64,000 bases of DNA from Patescibacteria group bacterium. GTDB taxonomy: Bacteria > Patescibacteriota > Patescibacteriia > Patescibacteriales > UBA12465. Of the stretch, positions 46,052-56,459 are shown piece after piece. A program made the position numbers and the translations under genes. The notes beneath the pieces were generated by a model. It made no database searches, had not been told where the DNA came from, and saw nothing but the letters and a program-made list of their open reading frames with translations. Each line of letters opens with the position of its first letter. Position 1 is the first letter of the stretch. The stretch spans positions 587,146-651,145 of the forward strand of contig JBAZKQ010000001.1 in NCBI GenBank assembly GCA_041650715.1, in the 5' to 3' direction.

Positions 46052-49000
46052 CTACCGATTAACGATAACTCCCGTTTGCGCTTGGTCATGCGCTCGCGTC
46101 GGCCAATTCTGCCAATCGTAGCGTTTGCCGATTAAACGATAAGAAATTTCCACCGCTTCGTTTGAGCGGAAAATTAATTTATTATTTTCAATAACATAAT
46201 AGACATTAGCGAATTTACCCGACGGGGTAATAAATACTTGGACATTATCATTATTATAATCAACAACTTTATGCCAGAGCCAGAGGTCGCTGCCCTCGTC
46301 TTCAAGCGCAAAATTTATAATATATTCATATTCCCGCGTCTTGGCATTAAAACGCTGAATATCTGCCTTCCCGACATATTCCTCCTTAACGCCACCGGCG
46401 ATTGAAGGCGCGAAAGTAGAATAATTAACATCATTAATATTATACAAAGGATCGATTGTCGTAGCGGTAATCTTAGTGACGGTCAAATTATTCAAGTTAG
46501 TAATATTTTTGGCACCAAAATTTACGTCACCCAGCATTGTGCCGCCGGTAAGCGGTAAATAATTACCGGTGGGCATTGAGCTGGTCGCAGCCGCAATTAA
46601 TGTTTTCACAATTCCATAATTAGCAAGAGCATAGTCATCAGTACTCAAATATGTGCTCGCATAATTATGCCCGGTATTTAATGAGCCGGCCGGAGCGGTG
46701 CCCGCGTTGCCGATAGAGAAAATATCGTTAGGAGCGGTCGTACCGATACCAACTTTACCCGTGCCTCCCGGCATTAAAGCGAGGTTAACACCCGAAGCGG
46801 TAGTAATAGAGTTGGGACCGGTTCCGGAGAAGGCTAAATCAGCACCGGCACCAGAGAGAGTAATGCCGGTTGTCCCGGCTAAGGCTAAATTGGCGGCGCC
46901 ATAAATATCACCACCGGCAATATTCAAACGATAGGCACCCGGCAGAGATGTCCCAATACCGACGTTCCCGGTAGCGTTAACAAAAACACCTTCATTACCG
47001 CCGTCTCCCGATAACCAATAATTACCAAGTAAAATATTTTGTGTGGCCGTATGGTCGCCTAAATTATCGCCACCAGTTGCCGTACCGCAATCTGTCGTTT
47101 TAGCGGAAACGTTTCCGGTCGCATCGACATATAAACAGCGATTGCCCACCCCGGATAAAGCGGTGGTAATTTGACCATTTAAATAACTGGTCCCGACGAC
47201 AGCCAATTTATAAGCCGGTGTCGTTGTACCGATGCCGACGTTGCCCAAACTTTCACTAACATAAAATAATGAAGACCCGCTTCGATTATTAATATGGAAA
47301 CCAACGTTTGTGGAATCATAACCGACGCTCATTCGTTCCAGACCGGATGAATTCAAAAATTTCAGCATTTTGTCATTGGACGTCGCGGAGTTAGATTGAA
47401 TAGCTATTTGTCCACCGGTAACCGTTAATTTGCTGCCGGGTGTTGTCGTCCCAATCCCGACATTCCCTGCTCCGGCCGCACCGTTCCAAATATTACTGTT
47501 TAAAGTTCCACCCCAAAAATTTGTTCCTCCGGCGGGCAGCGAGCTCGTTGCGGCCGCAATCAAGGTTTGAACGATGCCATAGTTAGCAAGCGCATATACA
47601 TCAGAACTTAAATAAGTGCTCGTATAATTATGGCCAGTTGCGCTGGACCCAGCCGGAGCCGAACCGGAGTTGCCGATAGAGAAAATATCGTTAGGAGCGG
47701 TGGTACCAATACCAACGTTGCCGGAAGTTCCTAATATAGTCATTCTTATATTTGCATAACCATCCGTAGAAAAATATATTGGCTTGGCAGCAACATCATT
47801 TGAAAAATATAAATCAGTAGCATTTAATCCGTATCCGAACCAACCTAATCTTATTCCAGAATTATTAAAAAATTCAGCATAAGGCGTTGCAGCTTTTAGT
47901 CCCAGCGTATGACCAACCCCTTGAATCATTGTAACAACACTGTTAGCGGAGCTGTAAACATGTAATGGATAAGCGGGGCTAGTGGTGCCAATTCCAACAC
48001 TCCCGGCAGCATTTACAAAAACACCTTCATTGCCGCCATCGCCTGATAACCAATAATTACTTAATTGAATATTTTGCGTTGCAATATGAGAACCTAAATC
48101 ATCGCCCCCGGTCGCCGTACCGCAATCCGTTGTTTTCGCGGACATATTGCCACTCGCATCAACATATAAACAGCGGTTGCCTACTCCGGATAAAGCGGTG
48201 GTAATTTGACCATTTAAATAACTGGTCCCGACGACAGCCAATTTATAAGCCGGTGTCGTTGTGCCGATACCGACGTTACCGAAAGAATTAATAAACTGGC
48301 GGGTAACGCCATTGCTTACAAAACTAAGTGTTTTATTTGTACCATCAAATAATACTTGTGCTTCTGTACCGCCTAAAGTACTTGACAAAGTGTTAACCTC
48401 AAGCGTTGTTCCATAATAAACCGAACCGCTTTCTGTTCTAAATTGGGCCGCTCTAATATTTCCGGCCACCTGTAACTTATCTATCGGAGCAGTTGTCCCG
48501 ATTCCCACATTTCCCGCTCCGGCATCGCCATTCCAAATATTTACATTCTTAGTACCTCCCCAAAAATTTGTTCCTCCGGCGGGCAGCGAGCTCGTTGCGG
48601 CTGCGATTAAAGTATTAACGATTCCATAATTTGCCAGAGCGTAATTATCCGTACTTAAATATGTATTTGTAAAATTATGTCCGGTATTTGCCGACCCGGC
48701 CGGAGCCGAACCGGAGTTGCCAATGGAAAATCTATCGTTAGGAACGGTCGTCCCGATCCCAACATTGCCGGAAGCAATAATGCGCATAGCCTCTGTTCCC
48801 TGATTTACAAAAAATGCATGCTGGCCATTAACACCCGCTTGATATTCCATTACATTAAGCGACATGCCGATACCATATCGATTGCCGGTAGAACCATTGG
48901 TAAACATGTCCCACTTTAAGTTATTTACACTTCCCGCGACACTCGAACCATAAGTACCGCCGAAGGAAACGTTTAATGGCGTCGGAGTTGATACCGATAC

Positions 49001-49843
49001 CGTAGTACCAAATAAGGCGCTACCATTAACGTTCAATAATCTTGTCGGATTCGTTATTCCAATCCCGACATTATCCGTGATTGTACTCGGATATAAATAG
49101 GGTGCTGTTCGTGTCCAACCGCCCGCTCCACCGCTAACTGAAGCCCAATCAGTTCGACAGTCATCCTGAAAACATAAACGATTAGCTTTTAAATCACCCT
49201 CGATTCCGAGTGAAACCACATCGCCGGTGCCATAAGCAAAAGGAGTCGCACCGTTATAATTCCCAAACCAAAGCGAGGTCGTCCCGACTCCGGTTAAGGC
49301 AATCGATTTATTATTAGTTAATTGTAAATCTCCTGTCGGTGCTAAATTACCAAGACTATCAAGCGTTAAAGAAGGAGTGACAACCTGCTTAATAAACCCA
49401 CTGACATTTGATAAATTTGAAATTTTGAGCGGCGCGGAAACGCAAGCACCGGATATTAAATCATAACCGGCGACACAAGAGGTGCAGGAATTGCTCGTAC
49501 AAGTATCGCAAGTGGCACAATTCGATCCGGCCGTACAATTTGAAACGCAAGCGCCGCTACAATTCGTATATCCGCTACTACAAGTTAAAGCACAGCCGCA
49601 AATATTACAGTCAAAAGCATAAGTACCATTGGCCGGATTAGAGGGACATGCGGCCGTCGGCTCGATTGTACAGGCAAGCGTATTACTGCCGCACCAAGAC
49701 TTGCCACCATCCGCCCAGGAGCATAATTCCCCGTTTTTCATCGTATCGGTAATACAACCTTTAGGCGAAGTGGTCGCAAAAACTCCGGTAGCTATGAACA
49801 GCCCGGAGAATACGACAATGGCGAGCAAAAATTTCTTCGTCAT
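46052..49843 (-). CDS. Large secreted fibre/adhesin-like protein
   Basis: Signal peptide, Cys-rich N-terminus, GNVGIGT repeats, three NDxFSIGN...DxYALxN modules. Confidence 0.8.
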   Translation of the reverse strand: MTKKFLLAIVVFSGLFIATGVFATTSPKGCITDTMKNGELCSWADGGKSWCGSNTLACTIEPTAACPSNPANGTYAFDCNICGCALTCSSGYTNCSGACVSNCTAGSNCATCDTCTSNSCTSCVAGYDLISGACVSAPLKISNLSNVSGFIKQVVTPSLTLDSLGNLAPTGDLQLTNNKSIALTGVGTTSLWFGNYNGATPFAYGTGDVVSLGIEGDLKANRLCFQDDCRTDWASVSGGAGGWTRTAPYLYPSTITDNVGIGITNPTRLLNVNGSALFGTTVSVSTPTPLNVSFGGTYGSSVAGSVNNLKWDMFTNGSTGNRYGIGMSLNVMEYQAGVNGQHAFFVNQGTEAMRIIASGNVGIGTTVPNDRFSIGNSGSAPAGSANTGHNFTNTYLSTDNYALANYGIVNTLIAAATSSLPAGGTNFWGGTKNVNIWNGDAGAGNVGIGTTAPIDKLQVAGNIRAAQFRTESGSVYYGTTLEVNTLSSTLGGTEAQVLFDGTNKTLSFVSNGVTRQFINSFGNVGIGTTTPAYKLAVVGTSYLNGQITTALSGVGNRCLYVDASGNMSAKTTDCGTATGGDDLGSHIATQNIQLSNYWLSGDGGNEGVFVNAAGSVGIGTTSPAYPLHVYSSANSVVTMIQGVGHTLGLKAATPYAEFFNNSGIRLGWFGYGLNATDLYFSNDVAAKPIYFSTDGYANIRMTILGTSGNVGIGTTAPNDIFSIGNSGSAPAGSSATGHNYTSTYLSSDVYALANYGIVQTLIAAATSSLPAGGTNFWGGTLNSNIWNGAAGAGNVGIGTTTPGSKLTVTGGQIAIQSNSATSNDKMLKFLNSSGLERMSVGYDSTNVGFHINNRSGSSLFYVSESLGNVGIGTTTPAYKLAVVGTSYLNGQITTALSGVGNRCLYVDATGNVSAKTTDCGTATGGDNLGDHTATQNILLGNYWLSGDGGNEGVFVNATGNVGIGTSLPGAYRLNIAGGDIYGAANLALAGTTGITLSGAGADLAFSGTGPNSITTASGVNLALMPGGTGKVGIGTTAPNDIFSIGNAGTAPAGSLNTGHNYASTYLSTDDYALANYGIVKTLIAAATSSMPTGNYLPLTGGTMLGDVNFGAKNITNLNNLTVTKITATTIDPLYNINDVNYSTFAPSIAGGVKEEYVGKADIQRFNAKTREYEYIINFALEDEGSDLWLWHKVVDYNNDNVQVFITPSGKFANVYYVIENNKLIFRSNEAVEISYRLIGKRYDWQNWPTRAHDQAQTGVIVNR

Positions 49844-49861
49844 ATAAAAATTATAGCAAAT

Positions 49862-52800
49862 TTATTTACAGCAAGCGAATTTTCGCGCAACGTTACAGCG
49901 GTTAAGCGAACCGAAACCATCAGCATACCCGGTCGGACGATTCCAGACCGCGCCGAAATCAGTACTAACATTACTTGTCCACCCGATACAGTCATTGGCA
50001 TTAGCCGTATAGGCCGGCGGACCATTATTAATCCAGAGTGTAGAGGTGAGCGGAATACTCGCCCCGCTGCCCTGATTGACCGTATATAAAATTTCTTCAG
50101 AAGTACAAACATGCGTATCGGCAACAGTCGCCGCACATAAAGCATTGGCCGCGCTATAGCTGCCGACGTTGCCGGCATAGGTTAAAGCGGTTGAAGTAGA
50201 ATAGGTCGCTAAACCACCGCCGGTCGAACCCGAGATCAATGACTTCACTACGCCGTAATTAACTAAAGCGTAATCGTCTGTGCTTAAATAAGTATTCGTA
50301 AAGTTATGACCGGTGTTCGTTGAACCGGCTGGAGCGGAGCCCGAGTTGCCGATTGAGAATATATCATTCGGTACGGCGGTACCAATGCCGATATTGCCGG
50401 TGCTTAGTATGGTCATTCGATCAGAAAGTGAGTTAAACAAGGACCCGGAACTGCCGGCATCCGCTGTTTGAAAAGTGATGTTGCCACCGATAGCCGAGCC
50501 GGTTCCCGGACCGCCCGCAATGACTAAATTCGCGCCCGCATTATTTGTGCCGAGACCGCCCGTAGCGAATAAAGAAATCGTGCCCGGGTTCGAAGCATAA
50601 ACTCCCTTCCCTAAATAGATATCATTTTGATTCGCACCTAAGATTATCTGATTACTCTTTAAAGCCTTTGCGTTATACCCGACCACAATTGAATTGGCCG
50701 AATCGGCAATAACGCTTGTAAGCGAAGCATCGGCCGTCGTATCGGAATAGGTGGTCGTTGAATTATCATTAATAGTTGCCACTAAATAATATGGCCCCTT
50801 ACCATAAACGCCTGACTTAGTACGATAAATTTTTCGAGCTGTACAAAGATACGGCCCCGTGTAGGTCGGAATTGCACTCAAATTAACCGCTTGATTACCG
50901 GACGTCGTATTTATGCTTCCTAAGTGCCCGCTATTTGTTTCCCCAATAGACAAAACAAAGCTCACTCGATAATAATATGGGCCGACGCCCAGATTACTCC
51001 CGGCGGCCAAAGCGAGAGAACCGGTGCCGGGGCTAAGATAATCTGCACCGCTCCCCAAGGCAATATTATAAGAACCGTTTACCGTACTGACAAGAGAATT
51101 AGTACCCAGCGCCAAAGTATCGCTATTGGCATTTCCATAATAATTTGAGTTAAAGCCCAAAATAACATTACTATTTCCCGTAGAATTCCAGCGCCCGGCG
51201 TAATAGCCCATCATGACCGCACCGGCGCCGGTCCAAGATTCGCCCGCGCCCAGACCGACTAAAGTATTATTGCTGCCGGTCGTAATTTGGTTACCAGTTT
51301 GACGACCAATTAAAGTATTCATCGTTCCGGTCGTTATGGCTGAACCGGCGCCGCGGCCAATAGCCACGTTATAACTACCAGTCGTTAGATTCTGACCCGC
51401 CTGAGCTCCGATAAAGGTATTTTCGGTAGCGGTTGTCAAAGTTGTGTTACCGGCCTGATAACCGACAAAAATATTATTAGTATTTCCAAAAGAATGAATA
51501 TATCTTTGCCCGCCCATCTTAATTATACCTTCAGTAGAGGAAGATAAAGGTAGGCCAAGATTACCTTGAACATATAATTTATCAGCCGGGGTGCTTGTGC
51601 CAATACCAACATTCCCTGCGCCCGCAGTCCCGTTCCAAATATTTCCGTTAAAAGTGCCTCCCCAGAAATTCGTTCCCCCGGCCGGTAGTGAACTGGTCGC
51701 GGCGGCGATTAAGGTTTGAACAATTCCGTAGTTAGTAAGAGCATAATCATCTGTGCTCAAATATGTGTTTGTATAGTTATGGCCAGTATTACCCGATCCA
51801 GCCGGAGCGGAGCCGGAATTACCGATTGAGAATGTATCGTTAGGAACATTTGTGCCGATACCGATATTGCCCAATGAATCGATAAACTCGCGTGTGGCAC
51901 CGTTTGTTACGAAACTTAGTGTCTTGCCAGGGCCATCAAACAATATTTGTGCTTCTGTACCGCCTAAAGTACTTGACAAAGTGTTAACCTCAAGCGTCGT
52001 TCCATAATAAAACGAACCGCCATCCGTTCTAAATTGGGTTGCCCGTATATTTCCTGCGACTTGTAGTTTGTCACCTGGCGCTGTCGTCCCAATCCCGATG
52101 TTGCCTCCGGCCGCTATTCTCATTCTTTCAACATTTGTAGACTGAGTAAATGTTATTGGCTGGTCACCTGAAGTTGCAAAACCAAGAGGATAAGTAGTTA
52201 TAGTTTGAAATAAAGATCTGGCAGTATCCTTCCCATTAATTCTAAACCCATTTAAATAAGTATAGCCGTCTACATATAAGGCCCACGGTTGAGCGCCCGT
52301 CCAGGCGGTATTTTGTTTAACATAAAGAGCGGAGCCTCCGCCATTATTAGTTCCGCCATCTCCAGCCGTAGCCGAATTTATCGTCAAGGCTGAGCCCGGT
52401 GTCGTCGTCCCAATGCCAACATTCCCCGCCCCAGCGTCGCCGTTCCAAATATTACCGTTTAAAGTCCCACCCCAGAAATTCGTTCCCCCGGCCGGTAGTG
52501 AACTGGTCGCGGCGGCGATTAAAGAATTTACGTAACCAACATTAGTTAAGGCATAATCATCGGTTGCTAAATATGTACTCGTAAAGTTATGGCCAGTGTT
52601 CGAGGAACCAGCCGGAGCGGTACCGGAATTACCAATAGAAAAGATATCGTTTGGCACAGTTGTGCCAATCCCGACGTTGCCATTAGCAAGGATCATCATA
52701 TTATATCTGACAGCTGAGTTATACCAACTACTAAAAGTAAAATTTGAAGCGGAAGAATAAAAAGTGTTTGCGGAAAAAGCGGATGCACCAACGATAAACT

Positions 52801-55800
52801 GTGAGCTACTTTTAACGGCGCCAACCACATCCAAGGGGTACGTAGGAGCGGTCGTTCCAATCCCGACGTTGCCGTTACCAAGAATAGTTAATAAATTAGA
52901 GGTAAAAAAGGAAGCCATTCCCCCATTAGCGGTGCTAGCGGGCGAATATTTAATTTGAAAAGCAGGAGAAGTAGACGCTGTGCTTGGGCTCATGAAAATT
53001 GCCGCCGACGAATAAGTAGTGTTACCTTTCGACCACGTATCAGCCCCCAGCGTGCCCTGATAAGCATTTCCCGCCAAAAAAGTATCAGCACCAGAATATC
53101 GCGTGCCTACCGATGCGCTATAGCCGTCTCCAATACGAATTTGAATACCGGAGGGGTTAGAGCCATCAATTTTTAAGCCTGTTGGTTCTATCGATCCTGT
53201 CGGGCCGGCTATTTCCAATTTATACCCCGGATTAGTTACTCCAATCCCGACATTATTTGCCCCATTTAAAGTCCAAATATTACTGGCCGTTGTTCCTCCC
53301 CATAGAGCCGTAATAGAACCTGTCGCCGTCCCAATCATTGTTTTCACTAAACCATAATTAGCCAAAGCATAATCATCAGTACTTAAGTAAGTGTTTGTAT
53401 AATTATGACCAGTGTTAGAAGATCCAGCCGGCGCGGAACCAGCGTTACCAATAGAAAATTTATCGTTCGGAGTCAGCGTTCCGATGCCGACGTTACCTTG
53501 ACCTGCTCTCGAAAAAATTGATAAATTACCGGCCTGAGTATATTCTTCCGCACTACCATTAAAATAGCGTACACCATCAACTAAAACTTTATAGCCGGTT
53601 CCGCCCTGATAATTAAAAAGGAATAATGGTTTTATGTATTTAGTCCCGACAGGAAATTGGTAAGTACCGGTTCCTTCACCGTGTAAAGTACAGGTATACT
53701 TAGTCCAAGTGTTTGGCACGGCGGCGGCAGAAGCCGCACAATAACCATAAGAGCCGCCATTCCCGGACAACGCACCTTTGGCTGAATTATAGGCAGCTGT
53801 ACCAAAATAAATTGTGCTCAAACCTGATGCGCCGACGCTCTTAAACCAACCCTCAAGATAAAAATAACCATCCGAATCAACTGGAATAAACTCAGTGCCC
53901 ATACCAACCGTTAGGCTCGTATCGCTATAAGCTGAATATTTGCCATCTTTGCTATCCGTCGATTCAATCCCATTAAAACCTGCTCCGGTAAAACCATCTA
54001 AAGACCCCGTTTCAAAATCACCATTCGGGGTTAAATTAATCGCTGCATAATTAGCCACTAAAGAACCGGCAACTTGTAATTTCGCCTGTGGGCTTGAAGT
54101 GCCGATACCAACGTTGCCGTTTCCTGATATTCTCATTTTTTCTGATAGCTGGGTGCCGTGCGCTCTGGTGTTAAATGATAAATAACCCCCATACTCTCCT
54201 GCAGTAGCACTTTCTTTCGCTCCTTTAATTACAGCAAAACCGGCTTGCGAAGTAGAGTTATATCTTCCACCAAAACCTATTGAACCGCCAATATTAATTC
54301 CTAAAGCGTCATTAGTCGCAATATTTAATACACCAGCGTTAACTGAGACGGCGCCAACTATCACATTTGGTCCGGTAATAGACGCTGTAGGAGCCGTTAA
54401 ACTATCTGCCGCCGCATTAACTGTTCCGCTTAATATATCTAATTTTGTATTTGGATTTATTGTCCCAATCCCGACGTTGCCATCTGATTTTAAATACAAA
54501 GCTGGCGTTGTATAATTATTATTTACAACAAAAGCAATTGGGATAGCCCCGTTTGTGGCGAACTCAAATCTATTTGTTCTTTGCGGTTGCGCGACATAGC
54601 CGGTGCCAAAATAATTTATAAAACCTTTTTCTACGTTTAGTTCATCACGGAAGCTCAAGCTATTATAACCAGCTGAAGTTTTTAAACTCATTGCCAAGCT
54701 ACCAGCATTAGCGGAGATATGCAAAGGCAAACTTGGAGTTGTCGTTCCAATCCCAACGTTCCCTGCTCCCGCCGCGCCATTCCAAATGTTACCGTTTAAA
54801 GTTCCACTCCAATAATTTGTAACAGTCGGTAAAGAACTGGTCGCATCAGAAATTAAAGACTTAACAATTCCATAATTAGTCAAAGCGTAATTATCAGTCG
54901 TCAAATATGTGCTTGTAAAGTTATGGCCCGTGTTCGCTGAACCAGCCGGAGCTTGGCCTGAGTTACCGATTGAAAAAATATCATTCGGAGCAGTCGTGCC
55001 AATACCGATATTTCCGGAACTTAAAATAGACATTTTTATACTACTGGCGGATAAAAATGAAAGGGTGGACGGGGAGTTGAAAAATATCGTATCGCCCGAA
55101 GAACCTACGACATTAAAAGGTGTTCCCCCGCTATTTTTTATTTGCAAATTATAATTATTATCCAATAATATATTTCCACCACTAACTTGTAATTTAGCCA
55201 CGGGCCCAGCATTACCAATGCCAACATTACCATCAAAATAGGCGTTCTTATTAGGATACAATCTAAACGTATTATTATTGTAGGCAGCGTTTGTTTCGGC
55301 CCCAAAGTACATATAGCTAACGGTTGAGATTGCAGGATCAAGAACCACGCTTCCTAAAACACCAATCACGCCGGCACGAGTCAAATTGGTCGATACATTG
55401 CCGATATATCCTTCAAACATATTATATGCAATACCTGACACATCGGGTCGTAAAGCAACTTGTTTTATGCCTGGTCTGGACGTCGCACTATTCGCACTAA
55501 GATTTAGCGCATAGCTGCCTCCACTATTAAATACATCAAGAATTGTAGTCGGATTCGTCGTCCCGATCCCCACATTTCCTGCTCCCGCGGCTCCGTTCCA
55601 AATATTACCGTTTAAAGTTCCGCCCCAAAGTGCGGCCAAAGTGCTGGTGGCCGAACCAATTAATGTTTTGACTACACCATAATTAGCTAAAGCATAGTCA
55701 TCTGATGCTAAATATGTGCTCGTGAAATTATGTCCCGTATTACCGGAGCCGGCCGGAGCCGCGCCCGCGTTACCAATGGAAAAAATATCGTTAGGTAAAG

Positions 55801-56452
55801 ATGTACCGATACCGACGTTTAAACCGTTAACAAAAATCATCGAGGCCGCGCCGCCCTGAATAACACTATTGCCCGATAGTGAATCGGCCCCTAATTTCAA
55901 AACCGTACCGACGCAGACGCAATTCTGGTAAGTACCCGGTAGGCTCAAACTCGTCGTACAAGCGACGCCATCATGCTCGGTCGCGCCGGAACAACCGTTA
56001 ACCGCATTGCCATCGCAATCATGATAGCCGACCTTACAATCGCCGCAGGTCGAATTTGCCCATTGTGCCGCCGTACAGCTAGTGACTTTTTGCAAAGTAT
56101 TACAGGTATTATTTTGCAAACAACTATAGGCGCCATTATTATTACAATAAGGAGAAGCACTATCAAAGGCGTAGCAATCAACATAATAGCCGCCTGTCGT
56201 CGTTGCCGTTCCACCGGAAACTAAAGCGCTCGAAGCGGGCGGGTTAAAGGTTGAGGTATCATAACAACTAACGACATTAGAAGGATTAACACCGCAAACT
56301 TTATTGACGCCGACGCAGCTTTGGCTAAAGGCCTCAGTCGGACAGAGCGCCGGATCACTCACATAATAAGGCGTGGCCGCCCAAGACGACCCGGCCATAA
56401 ACAAGCCGAGAATGATAACTGATATTCTGATGTAGAAACTCGTCGTCTTCAT
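49862..56452 (-). CDS. Giant secreted fibre/adhesin-like protein with C-terminal Cys-rich lectin-like domain
   Basis: 2196 aa; signal peptide, Cys-rich N-terminus, six NDxFSIGN modules, CBM-like NGDFETG domain, NTxIG beta-roll repeats, C-terminal AANALC...DCIGW...FACCK. Confidence 0.8.
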   Translation of the reverse strand: MKTTSFYIRISVIILGLFMAGSSWAATPYYVSDPALCPTEAFSQSCVGVNKVCGVNPSNVVSCYDTSTFNPPASSALVSGGTATTTGGYYVDCYAFDSASPYCNNNGAYSCLQNNTCNTLQKVTSCTAAQWANSTCGDCKVGYHDCDGNAVNGCSGATEHDGVACTTSLSLPGTYQNCVCVGTVLKLGADSLSGNSVIQGGAASMIFVNGLNVGIGTSLPNDIFSIGNAGAAPAGSGNTGHNFTSTYLASDDYALANYGVVKTLIGSATSTLAALWGGTLNGNIWNGAAGAGNVGIGTTNPTTILDVFNSGGSYALNLSANSATSRPGIKQVALRPDVSGIAYNMFEGYIGNVSTNLTRAGVIGVLGSVVLDPAISTVSYMYFGAETNAAYNNNTFRLYPNKNAYFDGNVGIGNAGPVAKLQVSGGNILLDNNYNLQIKNSGGTPFNVVGSSGDTIFFNSPSTLSFLSASSIKMSILSSGNIGIGTTAPNDIFSIGNSGQAPAGSANTGHNFTSTYLTTDNYALTNYGIVKSLISDATSSLPTVTNYWSGTLNGNIWNGAAGAGNVGIGTTTPSLPLHISANAGSLAMSLKTSAGYNSLSFRDELNVEKGFINYFGTGYVAQPQRTNRFEFATNGAIPIAFVVNNNYTTPALYLKSDGNVGIGTINPNTKLDILSGTVNAAADSLTAPTASITGPNVIVGAVSVNAGVLNIATNDALGINIGGSIGFGGRYNSTSQAGFAVIKGAKESATAGEYGGYLSFNTRAHGTQLSEKMRISGNGNVGIGTSSPQAKLQVAGSLVANYAAINLTPNGDFETGSLDGFTGAGFNGIESTDSKDGKYSAYSDTSLTVGMGTEFIPVDSDGYFYLEGWFKSVGASGLSTIYFGTAAYNSAKGALSGNGGSYGYCAASAAAVPNTWTKYTCTLHGEGTGTYQFPVGTKYIKPLFLFNYQGGTGYKVLVDGVRYFNGSAEEYTQAGNLSIFSRAGQGNVGIGTLTPNDKFSIGNAGSAPAGSSNTGHNYTNTYLSTDDYALANYGLVKTMIGTATGSITALWGGTTASNIWTLNGANNVGIGVTNPGYKLEIAGPTGSIEPTGLKIDGSNPSGIQIRIGDGYSASVGTRYSGADTFLAGNAYQGTLGADTWSKGNTTYSSAAIFMSPSTASTSPAFQIKYSPASTANGGMASFFTSNLLTILGNGNVGIGTTAPTYPLDVVGAVKSSSQFIVGASAFSANTFYSSASNFTFSSWYNSAVRYNMMILANGNVGIGTTVPNDIFSIGNSGTAPAGSSNTGHNFTSTYLATDDYALTNVGYVNSLIAAATSSLPAGGTNFWGGTLNGNIWNGDAGAGNVGIGTTTPGSALTINSATAGDGGTNNGGGSALYVKQNTAWTGAQPWALYVDGYTYLNGFRINGKDTARSLFQTITTYPLGFATSGDQPITFTQSTNVERMRIAAGGNIGIGTTAPGDKLQVAGNIRATQFRTDGGSFYYGTTLEVNTLSSTLGGTEAQILFDGPGKTLSFVTNGATREFIDSLGNIGIGTNVPNDTFSIGNSGSAPAGSGNTGHNYTNTYLSTDDYALTNYGIVQTLIAAATSSLPAGGTNFWGGTFNGNIWNGTAGAGNVGIGTSTPADKLYVQGNLGLPLSSSTEGIIKMGGQRYIHSFGNTNNIFVGYQAGNTTLTTATENTFIGAQAGQNLTTGSYNVAIGRGAGSAITTGTMNTLIGRQTGNQITTGSNNTLVGLGAGESWTGAGAVMMGYYAGRWNSTGNSNVILGFNSNYYGNANSDTLALGTNSLVSTVNGSYNIALGSGADYLSPGTGSLALAAGSNLGVGPYYYRVSFVLSIGETNSGHLGSINTTSGNQAVNLSAIPTYTGPYLCTARKIYRTKSGVYGKGPYYLVATINDNSTTTYSDTTADASLTSVIADSANSIVVGYNAKALKSNQIILGANQNDIYLGKGVYASNPGTISLFATGGLGTNNAGANLVIAGGPGTGSAIGGNITFQTADAGSSGSLFNSLSDRMTILSTGNIGIGTAVPNDIFSIGNSGSAPAGSTNTGHNFTNTYLSTDDYALVNYGVVKSLISGSTGGGLATYSTSTALTYAGNVGSYSAANALCAATVADTHVCTSEEILYTVNQGSGASIPLTSTLWINNGPPAYTANANDCIGWTSNVSTDFGAVWNRPTGYADGFGSLNRCNVARKFACCK

Positions 56453-56459
56453 AAATTAA

